Of a stretch of DNA of 64,000 bases, positions 1 through 9,726 are shown piece after piece. This DNA comes from an uncultured Collinsella sp. (GTDB lineage Bacteria > Actinomycetota > Coriobacteriia > Coriobacteriales > Coriobacteriaceae), in the NCBI GenBank assembly GCA_902470895.1, contig CABRID010000001.1, positions 1,141 to 65,140 on the forward strand, written 5' to 3'. Each line of letters starts with the position of its first letter. Position 1 is the first letter of the stretch. Made by a program: the position numbers and the translations under genes. The notes beneath the pieces are model-generated. The model made no database searches, had not been told where the DNA came from, and saw only the letters and a program-made list of their open reading frames with translations.

Positions 1-180
1 TCTCGTCCGAACCAATGTATGCAACGGAAAACCGAGCGCGACCGCAGCCGTCGGGTTGCGGGCGAGATCATATCGCTGCCGGTCTTCTTCCGGTCGTGGA
101 AGCGGCGGACACAAAGCGCGGACTTGAGGAGGCAAACGCCAGTACCTAAAAGCCGATATGTCACAAAGTAGATCCTTCAT
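1..180 (-). CDS. Hypothetical protein, N-terminal part (runs off window edge); resembles Coriobacteriia AbiEi/DUF559-like proteins
   Basis: Open frame from ATG at 180: MKDLLCDISAFRYWRLPPQVRALCPP...; not in the ORF track; family call from recall only. Confidence 0.5.
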   Translation of the reverse strand, partial: MKDLLCDISAFRYWRLPPQVRALCPPLPRPEEDRQRYDLARNPTAAVALGFPLHTLVRTR

Positions 181-472
181 AGGCACAGGAGAACACGAAT
201 TTCAACCCAGTCAGTCACGCATTGGCGCGAACGCACCAAAAATGGCGCCGAACGGACTGCCAAGTTTTCAACAGCCCTCCCCAACTGGCCAAAAGCTTGT
301 CGAGAGCTGGACGAAGCCCTGTTGAAAACCCCATTTTTTTCTCATGCAGAAGCTTTACGCGGCAAGTGAGTAGACTTTTTTGAACATTCCGAGCAGCCCG
401 GTCATCCTGCTTTTCAAAACCGCAGGTAGATAGCTTGTTACAAAACTGCCTGGTCGCCAAAGTTCCAAATGC

Positions 473-1912
473 CTACTCACTTAGATTGCAGAGCGCTCCC
501 ATTAGCTGCGATTCCAAGGTATTTAGCGCTTTTGGACTCAAATCGTCATACTGAACAAGAATTTGACTTGAGTTTTCAGGGGCAGATGCGCCATCGGCAC
601 ACCAAAAACAGTCACCGATATCGATAAAAGGGATGCTCGAGCGCGTGAGGGCCCGTGCAATAGTGCTTCCGCCCGTTCCACGCTCCGCAACCACGGTGCA
701 GTAAAGGCCCGCGTCTGCGTGTTCGATCGAGACTTCCCCTGCCGGAAATGCCTTCCGTACAAGCGCCGCCAGGCCATCACGCGCCTCGCGAGCACGAACG
801 CGCACGCGGTTCACATGTCGCTCGTAATCACCCGATTCCAGCAAACGAGCCAAAGCGACCTGGTCAACAGAACTCACCGACGAGGCGTAAAAACCAAGGT
901 TGCGCCTAAACCGCTCCATTAGCTCATCGGGCAGCACCATGTACGCTAGACGCAACGCCGATGACAGGCTCTTCGAAAACGTGTTGGTGTAGATAACCGA
1001 CTGGGAGGCATCGATCGACGCGAGCGCGGGAATTGGCTTGCCGGCAAGGCGAAACTCACAATCAAAGTCATCTTCGATGAGGTACCGACCTGGTCGCTCG
1101 GCGGCCCAGCTCAGCAGCGCATAGCGACGCGCAATGCTCGTCACAAGACCGGTGGGATACTGATGGGACGGCATAAGGTGAAGGACATCGGTCCCAGTTT
1201 TCTGCAGAGCGCTCAGGTCCACGCCGTCGTCATCCAACGGGATATGTCGTACTTGGCAGCCCATAGCCTGATAGATGCGCGTCAGACGCAAATAGCCCGG
1301 GTCCTCAACAGCATACACCTTGTCAGCGCCAAGCAACTGAACCAACATGGTATCGAGCAGCTGGGCGCCTGCACCGATAACAATGTTGTTGGGGTCGACA
1401 TTCATGCCCCTTGTCCCACGCAGATGGTGAGCAATTGCGCGTCGCAGCCGAGCGGTGCCCTGCGCCGGTGCGGGCGAAAAGATTTCGCGCTCATCTTCGG
1501 ATGCCAGCGTCGCCCGTAGTGCGCTTTGCCAAAGCCGCGCCGCCTCCAAAGCGGAAGGAGAAAGTGCATCGAACAGCTCGACCTGTCCGTTGACATCATG
1601 CGCGCTGAGGCCCACAGAGACGGTATCTCGGTCGATGCCCTGCGAAGCCAAAGGCAAAACCGGTGCATCCGGAAGCTTGCAAGCGTAGTAGCCACGACGC
1701 GGCATTGAGCAAATATAGCCCTCGGCAAGTAACTGGCTATATGCATTCTCGATGGTAATGACACTGATTCCCAGATGACTGGCAAAGGCGCGCTTAGACG
1801 GAAGATGCTCCCCCGCCACAATACGTCCAGCAACAATATCATCTCGAATTTGCTGGTAAACATACTCATAAAGCGATGCTTCGCCGCGTTTTTCCAAATT
1901 GTAGTCAAGCAT
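473..1912 (-). CDS. pdxR: MocR/GabR-family PLP-dependent regulator (PdxR)
   Basis: GntR HTH (LPSKRAFASHLGISVITIENAY) plus aminotransferase-like domain (EDDFD, TFSKSL); divergent from pdxST. Confidence 0.85.
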   Translation of the reverse strand: MLDYNLEKRGEASLYEYVYQQIRDDIVAGRIVAGEHLPSKRAFASHLGISVITIENAYSQLLAEGYICSMPRRGYYACKLPDAPVLPLASQGIDRDTVSVGLSAHDVNGQVELFDALSPSALEAARLWQSALRATLASEDEREIFSPAPAQGTARLRRAIAHHLRGTRGMNVDPNNIVIGAGAQLLDTMLVQLLGADKVYAVEDPGYLRLTRIYQAMGCQVRHIPLDDDGVDLSALQKTGTDVLHLMPSHQYPTGLVTSIARRYALLSWAAERPGRYLIEDDFDCEFRLAGKPIPALASIDASQSVIYTNTFSKSLSSALRLAYMVLPDELMERFRRNLGFYASSVSSVDQVALARLLESGDYERHVNRVRVRAREARDGLAALVRKAFPAGEVSIEHADAGLYCTVVAERGTGGSTIARALTRSSIPFIDIGDCFWCADGASAPENSSQILVQYDDLSPKALNTLESQLMGALCNLSE

Positions 1913-2057
1913 GAGTTTGCCACCTGACCTTATCGAGCTGTTCAATCTGGTATTAGGCTGACATTATTATTATCTCGAAAACTGAGTATTTTGCCATACC
2001 CAGCTCCCCGATAGGATGTTCCGTCAAGCAATGCACATGCCAACCAAGGGAGCAACC

Positions 2058-2948
2058 ATGGCAGAACAGACCAGCAAGGCCGATCGCGTCAAACTCAATC
2101 GCGAACTCGCGCAGATGCTCAAGGGCGGCGTCATCATGGACGTCACCACGCCCGAGCAGGCACGCATCGCCGAGGAGGCAGGCGCCTGCGCCGTCATGGC
2201 ACTCGAGCGCATCCCGGCCGACATCCGTGCCGCAGGCGGCGTCTCGCGCATGAGCGACCCCAAGATGATCAAGGGCATCCAAGAGGCCGTCTCCATCCCT
2301 GTTATGGCCAAGTGCCGCATCGGTCACATTGTCGAGGCGCAGGTCCTGCAGGCTATCGAGATCGATTACATCGACGAGTCCGAGGTTCTCTCCCCTGCCG
2401 ATGACGTCTATCACATCGACAAGACCCAGTTTGACGTCCCGTTTGTCTGCGGCGCCCGCGATCTGGGCGAGGCGCTGCGCCGTGTTGCCGAGGGCGCCAC
2501 GATGATTCGCACCAAGGGCGAGCCGGGCACGGGCGACGTGGTCCAGGCCGTGCGCCACATGCGCAAGATCCAAAAGCAAATCCGCGACGTTGTTGCCCTG
2601 CGCGATGATGAGCTCTTTGAGGCAGCCAAGCAACTGCAGGTTCCGGTCGAGCTGGTGCGCGAGGTCCATGCCACGGGCAAGCTTCCCGTTGTGAACTTTG
2701 CCGCCGGCGGCGTAGCGACCCCTGCCGACGCCGCGCTGATGATGCAACTGGGCGCCGAGGGCGTCTTTGTCGGCTCGGGCATCTTTAAGAGCGGCGACCC
2801 CGCCAAGCGCGCCGCCGCCATCGTCAAGGCCGTGGCAAACTTCACCGATGCCAAGCTCATCGCCGAGCTTTCGGAGGACCTGGGCGAGGCCATGGTGGGC
2901 ATCAACGCCGACGAGATCGAAATCATCATGGAGGAGCGCGGACGCTAG
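2058..2948 (+). CDS. pdxS: Pyridoxal 5'-phosphate synthase lyase subunit
   Basis: [39 protein letters not shown] motifs. Confidence 0.97.
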   Translation: MAEQTSKADRVKLNRELAQMLKGGVIMDVTTPEQARIAEEAGACAVMALERIPADIRAAGGVSRMSDPKMIKGIQEAVSIPVMAKCRIGHIVEAQVLQAIEIDYIDESEVLSPADDVYHIDKTQFDVPFVCGARDLGEALRRVAEGATMIRTKGEPGTGDVVQAVRHMRKIQKQIRDVVALRDDELFEAAKQLQVPVELVREVHATGKLPVVNFAAGGVATPADAALMMQLGAEGVFVGSGIFKSGDPAKRAAAIVKAVANFTDAKLIAELSEDLGEAMVGINADEIEIIMEERGR

Positions 2949-2968
2949 TCCGGCAGAAAGGATCGCAC

Positions 2969-3556
2969 ATGAGCGATTATGCAGACCAAACGGTCGCCGT
3001 GCTGGCGGTCCAAGGCGCATTTGCCGAGCACGAGGCAAGACTATTCGAGCTTGGCGCACACTGTATTGAGCTGAGGCAGGCGGCTGATTTGAAGCAGGAC
3101 TTTGACCGTCTGGTACTTCCCGGCGGCGAGTCTACCGTTCAAGGGAAGCTGCTTGATGAGTTGGGCATGCTCGAGGAGCTTCGTGCCCGTATCGCTGAAG
3201 GTATGCCCGTCCTGGGCACCTGCGCCGGCCTGATTCTACTGGCTCACGACCTTGCCGCCCATGACGATAAGGGCACGCCGCGTCTGGAAACCATGGATGT
3301 ACTTGTCGAGCGCAATGCCTACGGCAGGCAGCTCGGCAGCTTTCGAACCAAGGGGCAAATAGCCGGCATCGACGGTGAAGTGCCGCTGACGTTTATCCGC
3401 GCGCCCCGCATCGTCGAGGTCCACGGCGACGCCAAGGCCTTAGCGAAAGTCGACGGTCGTATTGTCGCCGCCCGTCAGGGCAACCAGCTCGGCGTAACCT
3501 TCCACCCCGAGCTCGACGACGATACCCGCCTCCACGAACTGTTCCTACAAATGTAG
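2969..3556 (+). CDS. pdxT: PLP synthase glutaminase subunit
   Basis: LAVQGAF, PGGEST, GTCAG, FHPE motifs. Confidence 0.96.
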   Translation: MSDYADQTVAVLAVQGAFAEHEARLFELGAHCIELRQAADLKQDFDRLVLPGGESTVQGKLLDELGMLEELRARIAEGMPVLGTCAGLILLAHDLAAHDDKGTPRLETMDVLVERNAYGRQLGSFRTKGQIAGIDGEVPLTFIRAPRIVEVHGDAKALAKVDGRIVAARQGNQLGVTFHPELDDDTRLHELFLQM

Positions 3557-3580
3557 GCATCGAAATCAACAAACGAAACG

Positions 3581-3642
3581 AGAGTGGATGATCTCCCACT
3601 TTGAGCTTGAATGCAGGCTCAAACCGGGAGATCATCCACTCT
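3581..3642. repeat. Long inverted repeat / hairpin downstream of pdxT
   Basis: agagtggatgatctccc ... gggagatcatccactct (17-bp arms) enclosing an inner tttgagc/gctcaaa stem. Confidence 0.75.
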
Positions 3643-3650
3643 TGTTCTAT

Positions 3651-3729
3651 GTAGTCGTTTAAGAACGTCCCCAATGACTACAAGGAGTGTCCCAAGCTGC
3701 CGGCAGAAAAGGAACGTCCCTAACTGCCG
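3651..3729. repeat. Cluster of REP-like GTCCC-loop hairpins
   Basis: agtcgtttaagaacgtccccaatgacta recurs at ~45558-45585; ggcagaaaaggaacgtccctaactgccg recurs inverted at ~59162-59189. Confidence 0.8.
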
Positions 3730-3911
3730 CATCCGGGGCAAGACAACGCCGCAGGCAGAGGACGGACAGCGAGCGGGTCGCATTTGAGGCAAGGTGACGT
3801 GAAACGAAAGGGCGCTGACCTTCTGGTCGCGCCCTTGAAGTTGAACGTCAGATTGTCCAAATGCGGCCCGCGCAGCGTCGGCCCGTTACGGCGTTTGGTA
3901 AAACGCCGTAA

Positions 3912-4823
3912 CTAAAAACGGTTACCGCGGAAGCCGCCGCCGTTGCGGCCGCCACGGTCGCCACCGCGACCGCCGCGGTCGTTACCACGGTTGCCGCTAA
4001 AGCCGCCACGGTTGCCGCTAAAGCCGCCACGGTTGCCGCCGCGGTCGCCATAGCCACCACGGTTGCCGCCAAAGCCGCCGCGACCGCCACGGTCGCCGCC
4101 ACGGTCACCAAAGCCGCCGCGGCCACCACGGTCGCCGCCGCGACCGCCACGGTCGCCAAAGCCGCCGCGGCCGCCACGGTCGCCGCCACGGCCACCACGG
4201 TCGTCACGGCCGCCGCGAGGACCGCGGTCCTCGTCCAGGCCCATGGCGACGAGCGGAGCGATAACCTTATCGAGAGCGGCCATCAGCTCGGTGGCCTCCT
4301 CGTAAGAAAGCTCGGGCAGGAGCTTCTCCTTCTTGTTGGCAAGCTCGACCAGGCCCTCGGCGGCATCCTCGGCAGCGAAGACAACGATCTTGCGCATATC
4401 GCCCTCGGCGTCGTCGATGCGGCCGACCAGATCGGCAGCCTCGGCCTCGGCCATCAGGCCATCGAGCTCACGAAGGCGCATGCCCAGCAGGTCGGACATT
4501 TCCTTCTGCTCCATCTTGGGCTTGAGGTCAAGAAGCTTGATGGCGCGCTCGATGTTCGCCATGCGCTCGGCCTTGGCCTCCTCCTCCTTGGAAATAGCAA
4601 AGCGACGGCTACGCAGCAGGCGGGCGGCCTTCTGCATCTTGTCCATCAGCTCTTCGTCATCGTAATCAACGGCGGCCTCGACAACCTCGGCCTCCTCCTC
4701 GGCGGAAACCTCGTCAGCAGCCTCAACCTCGGCAGCTTCGGTCTCCACGGTCTCGACTGCCTCTACCTCGGCAGCCATGGTCTCGTTCTCGGTCTCGTTC
4801 ATGATCTCTTCGTTCTCGGACAT
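3912..4823 (-). CDS. MarR-like winged-helix protein with acidic N-terminus and RGG-rich C-terminal tail
   Basis: RBS GAAGGAG; E/A-rich first ~58 aa; helical MarR-like core (QKEMSDLLGM..DMRKIVVF..LSYEE); GGRGGDR repeats. Confidence 0.7.
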   Translation of the reverse strand: MSENEEIMNETENETMAAEVEAVETVETEAAEVEAADEVSAEEEAEVVEAAVDYDDEELMDKMQKAARLLRSRRFAISKEEEAKAERMANIERAIKLLDLKPKMEQKEMSDLLGMRLRELDGLMAEAEAADLVGRIDDAEGDMRKIVVFAAEDAAEGLVELANKKEKLLPELSYEEATELMAALDKVIAPLVAMGLDEDRGPRGGRDDRGGRGGDRGGRGGFGDRGGRGGDRGGRGGFGDRGGDRGGRGGFGGNRGGYGDRGGNRGGFSGNRGGFSGNRGNDRGGRGGDRGGRNGGGFRGNRF

Positions 4824-4975
4824 GAGACTCCTTCTTGGCCCTCTCGGGCATCATCGCCCCATTCGCGGGGCCCGTCGCGCACTCTTTGCGCTTTAAACAT
4901 TCATGCCTCTCGGCAAAACGTCCATTAGTTTATGGTCTTGCCCGCCAATCTAGCTGCAGAATCTATGTGCACACA

Positions 4976-6391
4976 TTAATGCGACATGTGCGACTCGCGA
5001 CGAGCGTACACCAGCGACGTCGCGAACCCGACCACGGCAATTACAGCCGCCACACGCACGGCAGCTGCAAATTCAATCGCCTGGGCGACGTCGGTCGCAA
5101 CGCCAGCCGCACCGACAGTCGTCGCAGAACTCGAGAGCAGGCCGATAAACAGCGACGGGCCAAACGATGCGGCAATCATGTTCCACGTGTTGAGCAGTGC
5201 CGTTCCGTGAGGATGCTCAGCAACAGGCAGCGTCTCCAAGCCGGCCGTTTGCGAGGGGCTCAGCACCAAACCGACTCCGGCATACACCACAACGGTCAGC
5301 GCCACGACAACGCCGATGTTCATGCTTGTCGCCGTCATCGAGATGGCAGTCTGCCCCACGGCAATCAGGGCAAAGCCGACCGGCAGCAGCGGCCATGCGC
5401 CACGGGCGTCCATCACGCGTCCGCCCACAATCGAGGTCACGGCGTTGCAGACAATCGCCGGCAAAATGAGCAAGCCCGCAACAAGTGCGGTCATGCCGTA
5501 TGCGCCCTCAAAATAGAGCGGCAACAAAACGCTCATCGAGAACGTCGTCATCATCGACACCACCACAAGCAGGCACGCAGGCCAAAAACGAACGCTCGCC
5601 ATGGGACGCACGTTAAGCACCGGATGCTCGAGCTTGAGCTGACGGGCCGCAAACAGACCGAGCAGCACAATAGCGGCGAAAAGTGCCACGATACTGGCAA
5701 TTAGATTGGTCGAAAACTCGCCTACGGAATACACAAATGCCGTAATGCCGGCGGCGAGCAAAACAACCGACAGAATATCAAGCGTGGTGTTCGAGCGCTC
5801 TCCGACATTCTGAACATGCTTTACGCCCGCCGCAGCGACCAAAATGCCGCCCACCAGCGGCACTACGAACACCGCCCTCCAGCCAAACAACGTGCACATA
5901 AGACCGCTAATCACGGGTCCAAACGCCGGCCCTAGCGTAATGCAGGCACCACCCAGACTCAGATACAGACCGAGCTTCTCGCGCGGAGCGCAAGACAGCA
6001 CCACGTTCATCATGAGCGGGAACAAGATGCCCGATCCCGCAGCCTGCAAAATACGGCTTGGCAGCAAAACGCTAAATGACGGAGCGAACAGGCACAGGAC
6101 TTCGCCGGCGACCATGCATCCGCATGCGAAAAACAGCAGCTTGCGCGTCGAGAAACGGCCGGACAGGAAGGCCATGATGGCCGTAAAGATCGACGTCACG
6201 ATCATGTAGCCCGAAACGAGCCACTGCGCCGTGGTGGCACTCACCGAAAAGGCCGCCATAATGTCGTGCAACGCCACGTTAATGATGTTCTCGTTAAACG
6301 CGGCAACAAAGGCTGCAATATACATTACGACGAGAATCGCCGCAGTGGCCGATGGCGCTACTTGAACTTGTTGCTGAGATTTGCTCCCCAT
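4976..6391 (-). CDS. MFS transporter, DHA2/LmrB-like
   Basis: About 14 hydrophobic segments; motifs NVALHDIM, QWLVSGYM, GPAFGPVISG; start reassigned to MGSKSQ. Confidence 0.88.
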   Translation of the reverse strand: MGSKSQQQVQVAPSATAAILVVMYIAAFVAAFNENIINVALHDIMAAFSVSATTAQWLVSGYMIVTSIFTAIMAFLSGRFSTRKLLFFACGCMVAGEVLCLFAPSFSVLLPSRILQAAGSGILFPLMMNVVLSCAPREKLGLYLSLGGACITLGPAFGPVISGLMCTLFGWRAVFVVPLVGGILVAAAGVKHVQNVGERSNTTLDILSVVLLAAGITAFVYSVGEFSTNLIASIVALFAAIVLLGLFAARQLKLEHPVLNVRPMASVRFWPACLLVVVSMMTTFSMSVLLPLYFEGAYGMTALVAGLLILPAIVCNAVTSIVGGRVMDARGAWPLLPVGFALIAVGQTAISMTATSMNIGVVVALTVVVYAGVGLVLSPSQTAGLETLPVAEHPHGTALLNTWNMIAASFGPSLFIGLLSSSATTVGAAGVATDVAQAIEFAAAVRVAAVIAVVGFATSLVYARRESHMSH

Positions 6392-6596
6392 GCATTTCCT
6401 TCCTCTTGGAACGACAGTCGCATCGCCCCAGAGGAACAGTCCAGGGCGAAAAATGAGCCCTAGACTTACGCCAGACGCCGTACTCGACGAGTCTGACAAC
6501 ATGGTCCAACGTCGAAAGATTGTAACGCGGACGCACAGCTTTCCTTCCGCGCTATTATTAAAAGTCCACGAAAGCATAAGACATGAGGAGCCCGCC

Positions 6597-7007
6597 ATGA
6601 TTAAGCCCATCATGAAATCCGAGTTCTTTTTGCGTCTGCCTTCCGAAGACGCGGGACCCGACGATGCCGCGACCGGGCAGGATCTCCTGGATACGCTCCA
6701 CGAGCATGAGCGCGAGTGCGTGGGCCTCGCCGCCAACATGATCGGCGTGCGCAAACGCATCATCTGCGTAAAGGACGGCAACAGGACACTCCTGATGTAC
6801 AACCCTCAAATTCTTGAGCAGGTCAATGCCTATCAGACGAGCGAAGGATGTCTCTCGCTGATCGGCGAGCGTCCCTGTACCCGCTATCGCCGCATTAAGG
6901 TTGAGTATTTGGACGAGAACTTCGTCCACCGCATCAAAAACTTCTCGGGCTACACCGCCGAGATCATCCAGCACGAAATCGACCACTGCAATGGCGTCGT
7001 GGTTTAG
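6597..7007 (+). CDS. def: Peptide deformylase (short form)
   Basis: GLAANMIG, EGCLS and HEIDH motifs intact; RBS GAGGAG. Confidence 0.88.
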   Translation: MIKPIMKSEFFLRLPSEDAGPDDAATGQDLLDTLHEHERECVGLAANMIGVRKRIICVKDGNRTLLMYNPQILEQVNAYQTSEGCLSLIGERPCTRYRRIKVEYLDENFVHRIKNFSGYTAEIIQHEIDHCNGVVV

Positions 7008-7043
7008 GCCACCTGCCAAAATGAGGGTACCGGAGGCCTCCCT

Positions 7044-7967
7044 ATGGATATCAGCCGCTTTGGCGAATTCGCCATCTTAGCGCAGTCACGCACGTTTCTT
7101 GATGCGGCGGAACTGCTTTTCATGTCGCAATCAACCCTCTCCAAGCACATCATGGCAATGGAGCACGAACTCGGCTGCAAGCTCATCGATCGAAGCCAGC
7201 GCCACGTAACACTCACCGCGCAAGGTGAAGCGCTCCTCCCCTATGCGCAAAAAATTGCGACGCTTCAGCACCGCCATCTTGCCGCCATTCAAATAGGCGC
7301 AGGTGAGCCGCTCGAGCACCTCACCGTCGGTTCTATCCCCATTATGGCCCCTTATGGGATCACGGACGCCGTCATCGATTTTCAGCAGGCGAACCCCTCA
7401 TATTCTGTCGAGCTCATCGAGGGCGAGGGCGACACACTCAAGCGCATGCTCCTGCACGAGGACATTGACCTGGCCTTCATCCGTGACGGCGGCGCCATCG
7501 AGCCGGAGTTCAAAAAGATTCCCTTTACGACCGACCGGCTCGTGGCCGTCCTTCCGCTCGACCATCTGCTCGCCGAACGTGACGCCGTTGAGATAGACGA
7601 CCTTATCGACGAGAATTTCCTCATGCTTCCCCAAGGCTCGTTCGTAAGCGAGCTCGTCCTTTCCCTTTGTCGCGAAGCTGAATTTGGCCCACGTGTTACG
7701 TTCACCGGCAAACGAGCCGAGAACATCATCTCCCTTGTCGCGCGCGGCGCCGGCGTCTCATTCCTCATGCGCAAGCCGGCGGAATCGCTTGCCAGCGGAA
7801 AGGTAGCCCTGGTGCCGCTTGAGCCCGCGACGACCTCCGAGGTCAGGCTCTACCTCAAGCGGAACGCCGCGCACTCGCAGGCGGTCGTCTCGTTCATCGG
7901 CTTCCTCCCCTACCGTCAGCTCCTGCAGGGCGACCGTACATCTTCCACCGCGGCACGACCGTCATAA
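7044..7967 (+). CDS. LysR-family regulator
   Basis: N-terminal HTH (FLDAAELLFMSQSTLSKHI) plus substrate-binding domain. Confidence 0.92.
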   Translation: MDISRFGEFAILAQSRTFLDAAELLFMSQSTLSKHIMAMEHELGCKLIDRSQRHVTLTAQGEALLPYAQKIATLQHRHLAAIQIGAGEPLEHLTVGSIPIMAPYGITDAVIDFQQANPSYSVELIEGEGDTLKRMLLHEDIDLAFIRDGGAIEPEFKKIPFTTDRLVAVLPLDHLLAERDAVEIDDLIDENFLMLPQGSFVSELVLSLCREAEFGPRVTFTGKRAENIISLVARGAGVSFLMRKPAESLASGKVALVPLEPATTSEVRLYLKRNAAHSQAVVSFIGFLPYRQLLQGDRTSSTAARPS

Positions 7968-8029
7968 TCCCCGCTGCTCCACAACCGCAGACCTGTGTCC
8001 GCAAACACGCTGACAACGGCACATAATAC

Positions 8030-8070
8030 AAATATGCCTCGGGCGGCACGTCGCCGTCCGAGGCATATTT
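8030..8070. terminator. Bidirectional terminator hairpin between lysR and the PTS gene
   Basis: aaatatgcctcgggcggc ... gccgtccgaggcatattt between convergent genes. Confidence 0.7.
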
Positions 8071-8090
8071 AGTTAAAGTGCGCAGAAAGA

Positions 8091-9533
8091 CTAGTCCACC
8101 GAGATGTTGAGTGCCTTACCGCCCTCGTCCTTCTTGGTACCGATCACCATAGCGGCGACAAGAGCCAGAACGAAAGCGACCACACCGGAGATGACAAGGC
8201 CGATAAAGCCCGTGTCGATGCCGGCAGGGTTAATAAAGCTCGGGAAACCGAGCGGGCCGGAGGCGCCGAAGGCATAGAGCTTGGCACCCATGAGGCCGGC
8301 AATGGCGCCGCCTACACCAGCGGAAATAAAGGTTGCCCACATAAGGCGCTTACGCGGCAGCAAGATGGCGTAAAGCGCAGGCTCGTTGACACCGAAAATC
8401 GAAGAGACAAGGGCGGGAATGTTGACGGCAGCATTTTCCTCGGAGTCCTTGGTTCGGATGATCATGCCAAGCACAGCGCCGGCGATGGCACAACCGCCTG
8501 CATACACGAGCGGGTTAATGAGGTCATAGCCGTAGGTTGCGACATCGAGGAACCACAGCGGGATGATACCCCAGTGCAGGCCGAACATGACGAGCAGGCT
8601 CCAGAACGTGCCGATGACGAAGCCGGCGATGGCGGGTTGGAAGTTGATGAGCATCAGAATGATCTGGGCAACGATGTTGGAGAGGACCGTCATGACCGGA
8701 CCGACCACAAGCAGGCCAAGGATGCCGCAAATGAGGAGCGTCAGGATGTTGGAGAAGAACGAGCTCACAAGCGCGGGCAGCGCGTTAGAAAGGGCCTTGT
8801 GTACCTTGGAGGCAATCCAGACGATAAAGATCGCAGGCAGAATCGTCGATGAGTAATTCTGCATGATCAGCGGGATGCCAAAAATATCACCGTAGACATT
8901 GGACTCGAAGACCGTGCCGGCGCCGAGCGTGTAGAGCGGATCTCCGCCCATAAGGCCAACGAGCGTCGGGTAGACGAGGATACCACCGAGCGCCATTCCC
9001 ATAACGGGCTTAAGTCCGAACTTCTTGGCCGACGTCCAGCCAATGATTAGCGGAAAGTAATAGAAGACCGAATCTCCGATTGCCGAGAGCGTCACATAGG
9101 TATTGCTGTCCTTGGCAAGCCAACCGGCAACCGTGCAGAGCGCGAGCATCGACTTGATAAAGCCACCGGCCATAAGCACGCCAAGAACCGGCTGCAGAAT
9201 CTCGGAAATGATGGCGAGCAGGCGCGAGAACGGATCGCCCTTCTTGACATTGTCGCCCTCATCGATATCGAGCGCGGGCTTGGTGTCGAACCCGCCAATC
9301 TGAACAAGGTCGTTGTAGACAGCCTCGACAGTGGCACCAATCACGACCTGATACTGTCCGCCAGCCTGGATGACGTCAACGACGCCCTTCGTCGCCTTAA
9401 GTTCATTGGTCTGGGCAAGTGATTCATCCTTGAGGTGGAAGCGGAGACGCGTAATGCAGTGGCTCACGTCTAACACATTGTCTCGACCACCGACCTTTGT
9501 GATGATTTCATCGCAAAGCTTCTGGTATTTCAT
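8091..9533 (-). CDS. PTS EIIBC component, beta-glucoside/sucrose (Glc) family; no EIIA
   Basis: HCITRLRF EIIB motif, QYQVVIG, GLHW, GVNEPALY; RBS AAGGAG before MKYQKL. Confidence 0.92.
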   Translation of the reverse strand: MKYQKLCDEIITKVGGRDNVLDVSHCITRLRFHLKDESLAQTNELKATKGVVDVIQAGGQYQVVIGATVEAVYNDLVQIGGFDTKPALDIDEGDNVKKGDPFSRLLAIISEILQPVLGVLMAGGFIKSMLALCTVAGWLAKDSNTYVTLSAIGDSVFYYFPLIIGWTSAKKFGLKPVMGMALGGILVYPTLVGLMGGDPLYTLGAGTVFESNVYGDIFGIPLIMQNYSSTILPAIFIVWIASKVHKALSNALPALVSSFFSNILTLLICGILGLLVVGPVMTVLSNIVAQIILMLINFQPAIAGFVIGTFWSLLVMFGLHWGIIPLWFLDVATYGYDLINPLVYAGGCAIAGAVLGMIIRTKDSEENAAVNIPALVSSIFGVNEPALYAILLPRKRLMWATFISAGVGGAIAGLMGAKLYAFGASGPLGFPSFINPAGIDTGFIGLVISGVVAFVLALVAAMVIGTKKDEGGKALNISVD

Positions 9534-9726
9534 GGAATTCTCCTTTTTCTGAGCGGGGTATAGCATCGATTTCAGGCCTCCGTAGTCGACGTGGGAGGGC
9601 AAGGAACCCGCTTCCCCCTTTGTAATCCGCGGACGCACGTACGCCCGGGATGGGAAACGGCAGAGAAGATGGAAGATGCCGATCACATGGCAGGGAGCCT
9701 CATTGGCCCATGTCACGCAATCAGGT

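Noticed and set aside
3848..4305. Ala/Thr/Val-rich and Pro/Arg-rich repeat ORFs
   Set aside because: Alternative frames of the RGG-encoding repeats; the 3912-4823 frame has the RBS and a folded core.
6392..6802. N-terminal extensions given by the ORF track for the MFS and def genes
   Set aside because: The two extensions overlap each other; downstream starts with RBSs fit family lengths.
9534..9726. BglG/SacY RAT antiterminator before the PTS gene
   Set aside because: No GGATTGTTACTG-like RAT consensus and no antiterminator gene.
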